DNA of 64,000 bases, taken from NCBI GenBank assembly GCA_000165345.1, contig CM000430.1, forward strand, positions 320,001 to 384,000, written 5' to 3'. The position numbers were made by a program, and so were the translations under genes. Position 1 is the stretch's first letter. The number at the start of each line of letters is the position of its first letter. Below the pieces are notes generated by a model. That model was given only the letters and a program-made list of their open reading frames with translations. It ran no database searches and was not told where the DNA came from. Shown here piece by piece: positions 49,571-61,335 of the stretch.

Positions 49571-52500
49571 TTAGTTTGTTGCAATAAAATTCTTGATTGC
49601 TTTGCAAATAAATATATAATCACTATTTTCAATTTTTTTGAAGAAATATTCAGTTTTTTCAATAATTTGATCGATGCCAACCCACTTAAATAAGTTACAG
49701 TAGTTAGCTGATAAAATCCACAAAATTGAAATGATTGAAAATTTAAGCAATCTTTCTAAACAATCATTTTTTAAACCTCGTTCATCAGTAATATATTCTT
49801 CAAAAATATACTCAACTATCGAATAAAGAAGTAATGTTTTACTCTTCTCAAGTTCTAGATTATTTTCTTTATAATTGAAGTATACATAAGCTTTCCAAAT
49901 ATGCAAAACCATCAAAATAGGGCATTTCAAAGTCTCTAATGGAATAATCTGTTCAATTTTGCAAACAGACAAATTTGATTTTTTTATTTTCGAAACAATT
50001 GTACAATAAATCAAACTAATATTGGGTTCTTCCAAATAAAAGTAATTCATTTCTAGCTTAGGTGTAAACGCTATGTAGTTGCATATCTGATTTTTTATAC
50101 ATTCAGGAAAACCATATAAAGCGTTTAAAGTAGAATTCATTTGAATTGGTACTGCAATTAGATGCATTTTAATTGTTTTAGAAATAACACAATTAAAAAA
50201 TAGCGAAATATTTGATAATTCAACTTCAGAGTTTGCAAATTGATTTAAATAATTAATTAAAGGTGTAAACCACATTTTTAAGAAAACTTGGTAGAAATAT
50301 TTTTCTTCTTTGTCTTTTGGAAAAAAAATGTATGATTTAGATAAATCAATGAAGCATTCAGAAAGTAAATTAAATAATTGGAATTTGGTAGATAGTTTAC
50401 AATTACAACTATTGATAATTGTTGCAATTATACTTATCTTATCCTCCAAAGATAAACTTGAATGATTAGGTTGAGTAATGAGAGTTTTAATTATAAAGAA
50501 GGAATAAAGCAAATTAGTTCCATTTTTCATGAAAATAAGTACTTGATCAATAATTGAAAACAAAAATTTCTTCGGTAAATAAGGCCAAAATGGCAATGTG
50601 GAAATAATTGATTTTTGATTATAAATTGGCAGAGTTGTTATTATACTTTGTATATTTGTTTGTTTCATATTTATAAAAAATGGCATAATACTCTTACAGA
50701 TGTTGGTTGATAGAGAATTATCCTCAAGTTGAGTTGGCATTCTATTCATTAAATAATCTTCTAATATTAATAATAAATTACATATTAAACTTGTGGGACA
50801 TTCTTTTTCTTCACCAACAGCATTATAATACAAAAAAAAGATAAGTTTTGGTATATTTGAAATCCAATACTTTGCTAATATTATGTCATTTTTTAACGGA
50901 TTAGTAATACTTTTTAAATTTAATCTTTCATTGGTAGAAACCAAAATATGTTCAATAGGGCTCCAAATTGAGAAATTTTGATCGAAGTAATATTTTTGTA
51001 TATATCCAATATTGCTCAAAATTAAAGGAAGAAACATTAATATTTTTAGTGCCATGATAGTCAGATTGCCATTTTCATTAACTATATTTGTCGTGCTATT
51101 TACTGTATGAATTAGCAATAAGTGGAATACTTCTTTGGCAGAAAGAAGGTCTTTGTTATTAAACTCAAAAAGAATATAACTAAGCTCTTGATCAAAAAAT
51201 TCGTTATATTTTATATTCTTAGTATCAAATTCATATGTATTAAGAAGACTTAATGAATCATTTAAATCAAGCAACATCGAGAGTGAGTAAAAGGTAACGT
51301 ATTTGTTGGGAGTTAACAATTTTCTTAATACGTTACGATTTAATGAGCTCACGTACATCATTTCCACTCCTTCTAAAAATATGAATTCGAAAAGTTCTGA
51401 ATGATTAATATCGAATAGAAGTTCGTTTTCATTCCTGCTTCGTGTTTTGAAATATTTTTGTATAAAAATATAATCTTGAATAATTTTGTTCATATCGTTT
51501 TTAGAGTTATCTCTCTGTATAAATTGTGGAAGGAAATAAATCCTTAATAATAATAATTTTTCGATGTGAAAAATTGATGAATTTGATTGATCTGAATGGC
51601 TGGAAGTTGAATCATCCTTTAATTCCAGTTGGATTTTTCGAACAGAATTGCAAATCTTATTCAATTCTTTATTCTGAATAATGAAGCCTTGCCCATATTT
51701 ATTTATATTATAAATTGTATCTAATATTAAAGATGTTAGAAAAGAAAGTATATATTCTCGATCATTTAAAACGAAGGTAGGAATATTAGGTATTAATGAT
51801 CTTTTTATTCGTATTGAAGAGTTGTTTTCATGTTTAAATTTTTTTTGGTTTTTAAACAAATTCATTCCACAAAGTGAAATTTGATCATTAAGTTTTTGTT
51901 CCCTTTTAGAGATTATTTCAAATGAAATGTGAATCAAAGAATCGTAAAGCTGCGATATTGAGCTTCTCAATTCAGAATTACTAACCCCGTTAAATTCGTA
52001 GTCATTTAATTTTTTCAACTTGATAAGAATTTGATTAATAATTTCTCGAATTGTAGCAGTTATTATGAACAAACTATCCAATGCATTATAAAAATTTGCC
52101 GACTGAGCTATCCTGCAGACTAACGGAGACCAACCAAGGAGATAATGTAAAGTAATAATTTTTTCCCTGTGTTTTCCAAATTCAATTAATAAATACTCAT
52201 TTAAAAAAGTTAATCCATCAATTCTAACTTCGTTCCTAATATGTGAGAGAGTATTTTTAATTTGCATAAAAATTATCTTTGAAAATGGTGTAATAACACC
52301 ATTACTTTTCGATTTGAGTAATTCCAATGTCATAGCATATATAGTTTTACGTACATGCATGTCACTATCAATCCAACAGCTTGAGGTTATATTCAAAACA
52401 CGGTCAATATTTTCATAAATAATTTTTGGATAATTCTTAGTAATTTCAAGCAAACTATCTGCTGATATTCTTCTAATGTTGTCATTTTGTTGGAAAATTG

Positions 52501-52690
52501 AGCTGAGTTTTTCGTTGAGCTTTACTGCATAGTTTAAATGAATATCCTCTAACCTTTGTTGAATACCTTTCTGAAACAAAATTTTTATTTTTTTGCTTTT
52601 AAAAGCTATTTCAGTTGAATTTGACCGTCTCTGCTTTTTTAGAGAGGTGTTTTTTTTTTCTGTTTTCAAAGTAAAAGGTTTCTTTTGCAT
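49571..52690 (-). CDS. Ipi1/TEX10-like protein (Rix1 pre-60S processing complex subunit)
   Basis: N-terminal block KKQRRSNSTEIAFKSKKIKIL...LSSIFQQNDNIRRISADSLLEITKNYPKIIYENIDRVLNITSSCWIDSDMHVRKTIYAMTLELL is collinear with TEX10 NATDTNFKSKTIHLP...[64 protein letters not shown]. The remainder is a long helical repeat. Confidence 0.6.
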   Translation of the reverse strand: MQKKPFTLKTEKKNTSLKKQRRSNSTEIAFKSKKIKILFQKGIQQRLEDIHLNYAVKLNEKLSSIFQQNDNIRRISADSLLEITKNYPKIIYENIDRVLNITSSCWIDSDMHVRKTIYAMTLELLKSKSNGVITPFSKIIFMQIKNTLSHIRNEVRIDGLTFLNEYLLIEFGKHREKIITLHYLLGWSPLVCRIAQSANFYNALDSLFIITATIREIINQILIKLKKLNDYEFNGVSNSELRSSISQLYDSLIHISFEIISKREQKLNDQISLCGMNLFKNQKKFKHENNSSIRIKRSLIPNIPTFVLNDREYILSFLTSLILDTIYNINKYGQGFIIQNKELNKICNSVRKIQLELKDDSTSSHSDQSNSSIFHIEKLLLLRIYFLPQFIQRDNSKNDMNKIIQDYIFIQKYFKTRSRNENELLFDINHSELFEFIFLEGVEMMYVSSLNRNVLRKLLTPNKYVTFYSLSMLLDLNDSLSLLNTYEFDTKNIKYNEFFDQELSYILFEFNNKDLLSAKEVFHLLLIHTVNSTTNIVNENGNLTIMALKILMFLPLILSNIGYIQKYYFDQNFSIWSPIEHILVSTNERLNLKSITNPLKNDIILAKYWISNIPKLIFFLYYNAVGEEKECPTSLICNLLLILEDYLMNRMPTQLEDNSLSTNICKSIMPFFINMKQTNIQSIITTLPIYNQKSIISTLPFWPYLPKKFLFSIIDQVLIFMKNGTNLLYSFFIIKTLITQPNHSSLSLEDKISIIATIINSCNCKLSTKFQLFNLLSECFIDLSKSYIFFPKDKEEKYFYQVFLKMWFTPLINYLNQFANSEVELSNISLFFNCVISKTIKMHLIAVPIQMNSTLNALYGFPECIKNQICNYIAFTPKLEMNYFYLEEPNISLIYCTIVSKIKKSNLSVCKIEQIIPLETLKCPILMVLHIWKAYVYFNYKENNLELEKSKTLLLYSIVEYIFEEYITDERGLKNDCLERLLKFSIISILWILSANYCNLFKWVGIDQIIEKTEYFFKKIENSDYIFICKAIKNFIATN

Positions 52691-52900
52691 TTCAACTAAT
52701 TAAATGACAATTGGTAAGATTTGACACAGGAGATTGACCGCCATTTATTGTACAGTTTAAAATGCCCGATTTTAACGGCAGAACGAACATAAATTTTGAG
52801 GATTTAAACTGTGACAGCATAACTTATTATATGGTTAATTAAATTATGGTTAACTAGATAAAGAGTATATTCAGACTACTTGATTTTTAAAAAATTATGG

Positions 52901-53946
<1,046 letters not shown>

Positions 53947-54241
53947 TTATTACTTCAATATGTTAAATTTAAAGATAAATTACAAAAAAGAAAAAAAATG
54001 TTGAGAAGTGGTTATTTTAAAATTGACTTTTCTCCCCATCAAAATTTTTAGACAATACCGGTAATTTGACTTAAATTAATTGTTTAATACGAAAAAACAA
54101 TTTAGGTTAACAATTAAATGATATACGTAGATATAGTATTTAACTCATTCTTTTCTATTATAGTGAATAAACTAAACTTTAATATTTTGGGCTATTATTT
54201 TACTGATTGTTTGCCCTGAAATGGCAAAATTTGATACTAAG

Positions 54242-55229
54242 CTAGTCTGATTTTGAGAGTATTCTATTCCTTAAAGTTTCTATAACTTTTTCATTTGCTG
54301 CAACAAAATATGGATTAATTAGAACTTCTTTATTGTAGGTAAGTGGTTCCCCTAGTTTGAACTGGGTTTCTGATCCAGAAAAAAATGTTTCAAGCTTGTA
54401 AATATCACCGCAAGTTTGCCGTATAATAATATGGCTCGCACAAGTGTCCCATTCCATACAGTCATGAAACCTTGGATAGATATCAGCACGACTTTCAATA
54501 AGTTCAATAAATTTAATCGATGATCCGAATGGAATTTTAATATTGTTTTGGAAGAATTTCTCTGAGAATAAGTCTAAAATGGGGCATTTATAATTATGAG
54601 ATTTTAGTATTCTAATCACTCCATTATTGGGAAATGGTTTATTTGATTTGGGGATAAATTCAAGTGAGGTTTTGCCACAAATTACGTTAGAAGAATTTAA
54701 TGTAGCAATTTTATAAGCTCCTCCTAAATTATTAAACGAAAAAAATGATATTCCAGTATTTGGAATCGATACAACTCCAAGGGTTGGTTTGCCATTTTCA
54801 CAAAGTCCAATATTCACAGTGAATTCACCGTTTCGCCTCAAAAATTCTTTTGTACCATCAAGAGGATCAATGAGCCAACAAATCCTGAAAAAAATTAAAT
54901 TTTTTAGTTTAGTTTACAATAACTTACTTATACTTTTGCCTATTTTCCCAAGTATCAGTTTCCGATTCTTCTGAAATTATTGGTATTTGCGGCCACTTTG
55001 AAGAGAGTTTAGCACAAATGATTTCATTCGCATTTAAATCTGCTGTTGTGACTGGAGAGTTATCTTTATCCTTGTAATTAATTCTTAGTTCCGCATCAAT
55101 ATTTTTGTAAATTTCCATAATAACTTTGCTAGCAAGAAACCCAATTTCGACAACCTCCCTAGCAGAAATGACCACTTTACTGTCTAAATTAGTTTCGTAA
55201 CACAATTTATTAAATTCATCTAAGCTCAT
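54242..55229 (-). CDS. 3'(2'),5'-bisphosphate nucleotidase / inositol monophosphatase family (HAL2/BPNT1-like). Two exons: complement(join(54242..54884,54928..55229)).
   Basis: Exon 1 ...INYKDKDNSPVTTADLNANEII... matches Hal2 ITKNDNSPVTTGDYAAQTII. Donor TATAA|GTAAGT, 43-nt intron, acceptor TTTCAG. Exon 2 starts (K)ICWLIDPLDGTKEFLRRNGEFTVNIGL (W-x-DPLDGTKEF metal-binding motif). C-terminal MEWDTCASHIII. The ORF track splits it into two ORFs, the second starting on a TTG. Confidence 0.8.
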
Positions 55230-55294
55230 TTTTAACTATTTAATAAAAGAAAGCGCGATTAAAGAATAATTATAATGAAAGTAAAATGAGTTAA

Positions 55295-56004
55295 TTATTC
55301 CAAAAATAACAAATAAATCATAATAACTATTCCAACAAAAAGTGAAAAGTTAGATATTAACTTATTTCTAAGTTCTTCATCTGAAGAAGCGTAATGATTA
55401 TAATGTATTTGAGTGAAAACTTACTGTTGTCTGATTGTCTGCTATTTGCAAATTCGGGAATGAAGTAACGATGGGTGTAACCCAAGCTCAAAAGAGCACC
55501 TAAAGGATTTGCGAACACCGTTATTAGTGGAGTATTATTAATTCCAAACCCAAAATCTGCATTGTGAAAATATCCATTATGCCCCCCAATATTTTGATTA
55601 CGTTGTCTAGCCTCCGGCCTTTCAGCCTTCGGTCTTGGCTTTGTTTTTTTTCTAGGATCAACATTTTCATTACCTCTACCGTATAATGGAATTACATTCT
55701 CTGAATTAACTCCAGCCTTGCAAACTGGGCAGTCTTCATAACCTCTATCTAGCCAGGAACAAATACAGCTCCAACAATACTGGAATGAGTTAGTTTACAA
55801 TGATGTATATAGTTAAGAACTTACTAGGTGACCACATCTTGTCACGATAGGCTCATATGCATTTTCAAAACAAATATTGCATTCAAAACTAGTATAGTTT
55901 TTTGACTTCTCTTCAGATCTATGATGGTGATCAGACTGTTCTCCGTTCAATCCGCTGCCTTTTGCGTCAATCTCACTATTTGAAATGTTATTTACCTCTC
56001 CCAT
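55295..56004 (-). CDS. RNF5: RNF5/RMA1-type membrane-anchored RING E3 ubiquitin ligase. Three exons: complement(join(55295..55380,55425..55779,55825..56004)).
   Basis: Exon 1 ends ...FECNICFENAYEPIVTRCGHL|GTAAGT. Exon 2 [36 protein letters not shown]... is collinear with RNF5 [38 protein letters not shown]. Exon 3 encodes the C-terminal TM anchor FSLFVGIVIMIYLLFLE*. Introns are 45 and 44 nt. Phases 0 and 1 are consistent. Confidence 0.8.
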
Positions 56005-56308
56005 AAAACCTACAAATTTGTAATAATTAATTGATTGAATTTTCTTACATATTTTCTAATATTAATCTATTAATAATTAAATAGAATGTTTGTGGCGGGT
56101 TGGTACTTGCTCTACTTTGTCACTAAATAAAATAATTCAAAATATAATCTGGTGCATACAGCTTAATAGAGTAAAACTCTCTAACCGATTAATTTTATGC
56201 ATAGTTTTCGTCACGTATATGAACATAGAATAATAATGTAGATGATTATTTAGAAGTTGAGTTCCCGCCCACACGTGTCAATTGTTTTGATTTGTTATAT
56301 ATGAAATA

Positions 56309-56356
56309 TTTAAATAAATAAATATAAATATAAATATAAGTATAAATATATATATT
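56309..56356. repeat. Imperfect (AAATA/TAAATA)n microsatellite in the divergent RNF5/NDR-kinase promoter
   Basis: taaataaataaatataaatataaatataagtataaatatatatat. Confidence 0.85.
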
Positions 56357-56706
56357 CGTTATTGAAGTTGAAATTAGCATTCTATATCCGCATTCCTTTG
56401 TTCAAGGCATGTATTTGTTACTGATGCTTGTATTTTAAATATTCTTTCCTCCATCTTTTCCTTTTTTGTTGAGCAGTATTAATTAAAATCTAATTCTTTA
56501 AAAGTATTAAACTTGTGCACTCGCGTTAAAATTAATTACATTGATAAATCCAATAATACTTTGTATTTATTTTATTGAAATTTTTAAAGATTCTTACATG
56601 TATTGTTTCCAAGTGGACGTACACTTATGTATGCATATTACATAAGCGATATAATATTTGAAGTAGTTTATTATATTGAGAGAAATTTCAAAGTTATACA
56701 ATAGTA

Positions 56707-58337
56707 ATGAACAATAATTCAAAAAGGTAGGTAAATAATTTGCTTAAATATAAAAGATACTTTAAAATAAACATAACAAATATTAATGTTTTTTTTTGGA
56801 TTTTTAACAGGGCTCTAAAGTTAAACCTTCTTGATAACATTGAAAATCTTAAACAAAGCGTGTTGCTGAATAAGGCATCAATAGAGACAAATTATTTGGA
56901 AAGATGCGAGAAAGCAACAAAACATTGCATTACTAAAAATAATCACAAAGATGAGAATGAGGATAACTTAAGGCTGTTGTAAGTTAGGAAGGAGCTTTTA
57001 AAATAAACTTTCATTCAATAATAGGAGAAAAAGAGTTTCAATTAAGGATTTTAAAATTCTAAGCCCAATTGGCGCGGGAGCATTTGGTATAATTAGACTT
57101 GCGGAATGCAGGAACACAGGCAGCATTTATGCGCTAAAGCAAATGAGAAAAAGTATTATCAGAACAAAAAATCAGCTTGAAAGGATATACAATGAGAGAG
57201 CACTCCTGGCTCAAAATGCATCCGACTTTGTTGTAAAGTTATTTTACACATTTCAAGATGATAAACACTTATACCAAGTAATGGAGTATTTGCCTGGAGG
57301 GGACTTGATGTCATATTTAATAAAATATGATAAATTTAGTGAAGAAGACACTAGATTCTACATGGCGCAATTGGTTCATGCCGTTGATTTAGTTCATCAG
57401 TTAGGGTTTGTACACAGAGATGTAAAACCAGATAACATTGTTCTTGATTCTAAGGGGCATCTCAAATTATTAGATTTTGGGCTTTGCAAGTTTTCTCCAC
57501 TAATTGAAGGAGACGAAAATAGAGAATACCAAACAGAAAATCATTTAAGATGTGTCAATTTAAACGCTAAATCACATAAAGATAGTAATAAAGCTTCTGA
57601 AATTTCCTTTAATGAGAACAACGAAAACAAAAGAATTAACAAAGAACTTTATCGAGGATCAAATTTACTAGAAGAAAAGAATTGCCAAAATGAAGATTTA
57701 AATACTTCTCTGAAGCATTTGGACAGAAAGACAATTCATTCTACTGTAGGAACCCCACAGTATATGGCACCAGAAATATTTCTCAGACAAGGGTATACAC
57801 ATCTTGTAGATTGGTGGAGCGTGGGAATACTGATGTATGAATGTCTTTATGGAGGAGTACCATTTAATGATGATACGCATAACCCAATTAAAGTCGCAAT
57901 AAAAGTAATGCAGTGGGAAAAGTTATTATTACTCCCACATCCATGTAGAAAAATTTCGCCCGAAGCACTAGATCTACTAAAAAATTTATTGTGCCATCCT
58001 TCAAAAAGGTTTGATGGTGAACAGATTAAAAAGCATCCTTTTTTCAATGGTAAGTTTATAAATTTCGGTTAGTTTATTGAATTTATAACTTATGATAGAA
58101 ATTGATTGGGATAAATTAAGACAATGCCCTGCTCCATTCAACAAACAGATTAATGAGAATATATATAAAAGCAATGTTACGGCAGCAGAACTAATTGATG
58201 AGTCTCCAAACAACACAAGATATGGTGTTCAGGGTTCTTCACTAGTTGATATAAATTTCTTGGATTATACTTATAGGAATAAAGATCGTAATAATGATCC
58301 TATATCAATAGGAGAGGCCATTAAAATGTGCGGATGA
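56707..58337 (+). CDS. NDR/LATS-family (AGC) Ser/Thr protein kinase. Four exons: join(56707..56726,56811..56978,57025..58049,58099..58337).
   Basis: Exon 1 is MNNNSK followed by GTAGGT. Exon 2 is ...LERCEKATKHCITK...EDNLRLL. Exon 3 is RKRVSIKDFKILSPIGAGAFGIIRLAECRNTGSIYALKQMRKS...HRDVKPDNIVLDSKGHLKLLDFGLC...TVGTPQYMAPE..., collinear with human NDR1 [47 protein letters not shown]...[25 protein letters not shown]...TVGTPDYIAPE. It has the NDR-type activation-segment insert. Exon 4 (E)IDWDKLRQCPAPF...FLDYTYRNKDR matches VDWEHIRERPAAI...FINYTYKRFEG. All junctions are phase-consistent and the RLL|RKR junction is supported by homology. Confidence 0.8.
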
Positions 58338-58391
58338 TTTTTAGAACATAGAAAGCTAAAGAAAAAGCAAGTAAATGAGAAAAACTATAAA

Positions 58392-59939
58392 TTAATTATT
58401 TCGTTCTAAATCTAATATAGAATCAGTCTCAAGTATTTCATTTACGCTTGCACCGTTTTGAAGTGTTTCCGAATTGGTTAATGCAATAATTGCTAACAAA
58501 TCAGAATCTGAAGAGGAAAAATCTGAATCAAAATCACTATTTATACCCTTTTCAATATTATTTTTAAAGCTTTTTTTTCTTTTACTTTCTCCTTTTGTTG
58601 GCGAGATTTTGTCTTTATTTTGCAGCGGACTTTGGTTGTAAATGTGTGGTTTGTAATCACCGTTTACCCAATATTCGGAATTATGAATAGGTAGGGGAAC
58701 AGTATAAAAGGGGGAAATCAAATCAGAAAATTGACTCAATGCTTTAGAATGGATATCCCTTGCAGATTCAAGAGTTAAAGGAATTCTTTTTTGCAGCCTA
58801 TACTTTCCCTTTGATATTCCGGATTTCTTTTTGGTACATATTATCCTGAAGCACGAATAGAATCCTAAACTCATCATGCTATCCAATATAAGTGGATCTG
58901 TAAAGCCCTTTCCTCTTAATTTATCTAAAAGCTTTTCTTTTAAAATTTCTAGTTTAATATTTTTCTTTTCTGGAGGTTTGCTACTGTTTTCAGAGTTATT
59001 TCCAGATAAACTATTATTAAAATCAGAATGCGAACACTCATTGGTGTCAGAATCCGACCCTCCCTCTGTTCTATTATCATCTTTTGATAAGTCTTTCCTG
59101 GATTCATGAAAAGTTTCTGAAAAAATATTTTTTACTGAAGCTCCGTTGATGCCAATTTTAAAGGACACATATTTTTTTAACAGTATTTCTAATGCCTTTT
59201 CCGGGTTTATCTTCATTTCCTTTTGATTAACAGCGATTGTTTTCGTAATTCGAATTGCGGACGGTCTCCCGTTTGCTATCGAATAACCAAGTCTTTTTAA
59301 ATTGGTTGGCATTCTACTTCCAATTTTACTTGATCTTGTGGGATCTAAGGGGAACTCCACATTTTCGAAGCAAAATGGGAATGTTGCTTCTGGCTTAGTT
59401 TCTATCATTGCAATAATATCCCAATTCCTGTAAACACCTATGTTGAATAAACTCCATTCAATTTCCGCGAGTCCATTTGAACACTGAGAAATATCTATGC
59501 CTTTCGTCTTCTTCCATTGAACTGCAACAGTAAACAAGCCATGGCTTTTTTCTCCCTTATTTGTATTTAATACGTTACTTTCCTTTGAAAGCCTGCTCAA
59601 TGTACTATTATGTGGAATAATAAGCTGAGACTTTCCATGAAATAAAGTTAATTGAGTATCAAAGTCACTATTTACAAATTCGTTCGAAAAAGCATAGGAA
59701 CAAACTGTGGAAGGATCATTTTTAATGATTGAACTGTAGTCGCATTTTTTACATGAGATAGATGAGCTACAATCCGGTTCCTTTGGTGGCAGGAACGGAG
59801 TAAATACCTGTCCACCTTTACAGAGATTTCTGCAAATTCCAGTACTTACAATATCTTTGCCTTCTCTTAAAAAGGGAGGAAATCCATGAACAATCGTATT
59901 GCTAATGGATAAAAACAAAACAATTAGGATCAATCTCAT
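58392..59939 (-). CDS. Secreted hypothetical protein (signal peptide, Cys-containing N-terminal region, acidic Ser/Asp-rich C-terminus)
   Basis: ATG at 59939 (the ORF-track TTG at 59945 lies upstream). MRLILIVLFLSISNTIVHG is a signal peptide. Cys pattern CRNLCKGG...CSSSISCKKCDY. C-terminal DFDSDFSSSDSD. No homologue recognised. Confidence 0.5.
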   Translation of the reverse strand: MRLILIVLFLSISNTIVHGFPPFLREGKDIVSTGICRNLCKGGQVFTPFLPPKEPDCSSSISCKKCDYSSIIKNDPSTVCSYAFSNEFVNSDFDTQLTLFHGKSQLIIPHNSTLSRLSKESNVLNTNKGEKSHGLFTVAVQWKKTKGIDISQCSNGLAEIEWSLFNIGVYRNWDIIAMIETKPEATFPFCFENVEFPLDPTRSSKIGSRMPTNLKRLGYSIANGRPSAIRITKTIAVNQKEMKINPEKALEILLKKYVSFKIGINGASVKNIFSETFHESRKDLSKDDNRTEGGSDSDTNECSHSDFNNSLSGNNSENSSKPPEKKNIKLEILKEKLLDKLRGKGFTDPLILDSMMSLGFYSCFRIICTKKKSGISKGKYRLQKRIPLTLESARDIHSKALSQFSDLISPFYTVPLPIHNSEYWVNGDYKPHIYNQSPLQNKDKISPTKGESKRKKSFKNNIEKGINSDFDSDFSSSDSDLLAIIALTNSETLQNGASVNEILETDSILDLERNN

Positions 59940-60098
59940 TCTCAATTTTGTGCATAAATTTCATGATTTAAAGTATGTTGATTATATTCGAAGTCCTGTA
60001 AAAGAAAGAAGATAGACTACCGACGCAATGAAAAATTGACAAGTGGCGCCACTGAAGCGCCAGTTATTTGAAGAGCCTAAAAACTAAATAATCGAAAA

Positions 60099-61079
60099 TC
60101 AGCCCATTCTTAAGATTCCCGCAGCCATCAATTTTTGAATTCCATTAGCAATTGTTGGATCCTGTATAACCTGTGTAAGAGTTGCAGGATTTTGTTTGAG
60201 CTGCTCTAGAACTAGTCTGAACTGAGGATCTGAAAGCAATGATTGTATTTCTGGATCCGCAAGCGCATGAGCTACCTGCTCCTCGTCGATTTGATCAGAT
60301 GAAGATACCTGCTGTATCTTTGCCATTGTGTTTTTTAGCCCTTCATTACACTCTTTATTATCAGGGTCGCATTTTAGCCCCTCTTGATATGCATGAAGCG
60401 CTTTATGATACTCTTTTAAAAAGTAATGAATATTTCCTTTCCTAGACCAAGCTTTAGTAAACTTTGGGTCTAAATCGAGGGCCTTCTGCACATCTATTAG
60501 GGCAGATGGGTACTCTAATAGTTGCATGTAGCACGCTGCTCTGTTGCTATATAATCTGGAGTCGCTTGGATTACGTTTAATGGCCTCGTCATATTCTTTC
60601 TTAGCGGCTGGGTAATTTTTTTGTTTAAATAAATCATTTCCTTCAATGCGATGTTTTTCTGCAAGTTCAGGATTAATGTATGCTTCCTTCTCTGCTTTCT
60701 CAATTAATCTCTCAAGTTCTTTAAGAGAAGTTCTTGTGTGCCTATTATTATCCTCTAACAGACTTTTCTCATACATTTCTTTTGCCTTCTGTAACTCGTT
60801 CATTTTAATGTAGCATGATGCCATCCTATTATATGCCTTAGCGACCTTTGTAAAGTCAGCTTTCACTTCGAATCGTTTTTCCAATGCCTGCATACAGACT
60901 TCTAGACATTTTTGGTATTCACCCATCTCTAGATAGACAGCACCTTTATTGGTTAAAAACGAAATATCGTTAGGATCTATTTCAATCGCCAGATCATATT
61001 GAACCAACGCTTCATCAAATTTCTTTTGCTTATAAAGTTCGTTACCTTTATTTTTGTAGAATTCAGCAGTTTTAGTCAT
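60099..61079 (-). CDS. STI1: Hsp70/Hsp90-organising protein (Hop/STI1), short form containing TPR2A, TPR2B and DP2 only
   Basis: Collinear with the human HOP TPR2A-TPR2B-DP2 region: [31 protein letters not shown] matches [58 protein letters not shown] matches [27 protein letters not shown]. Only 256 bp separate the ATG from the divergent downstream gene, so no room exists for TPR1-DP1. Confidence 0.85.
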   Translation of the reverse strand: [326 protein letters not shown]

Positions 61080-61335
61080 TTTTCAAAACAATTTCCTTCC
61101 GATTTGTTTCAACTTAGTAACGTGAAGACAGGGGTATTTGTATAAACCGCAAAAATCGAGAGGATTTAAGCATTCATAATTGTTGAGATATATTAATCGA
61201 TTTCGTGATTAGATATGGTTGAGTATTCGGTACATAAAATTTGCTTTACTTTATATCTAATTTCATTACAGACTTGCCCGGATTCAATGACTCTTGGATA
61301 TTAGACTATCTAAATTTGCAATTAATCATTCGATA

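Noticed and set aside
57069-57080. E2F-like TTGGCGCGGGAG motif
   Set aside because: It lies inside exon 3 of the NDR kinase and encodes the glycine loop (IGAGAFG). It is coding sequence, not a regulatory site.
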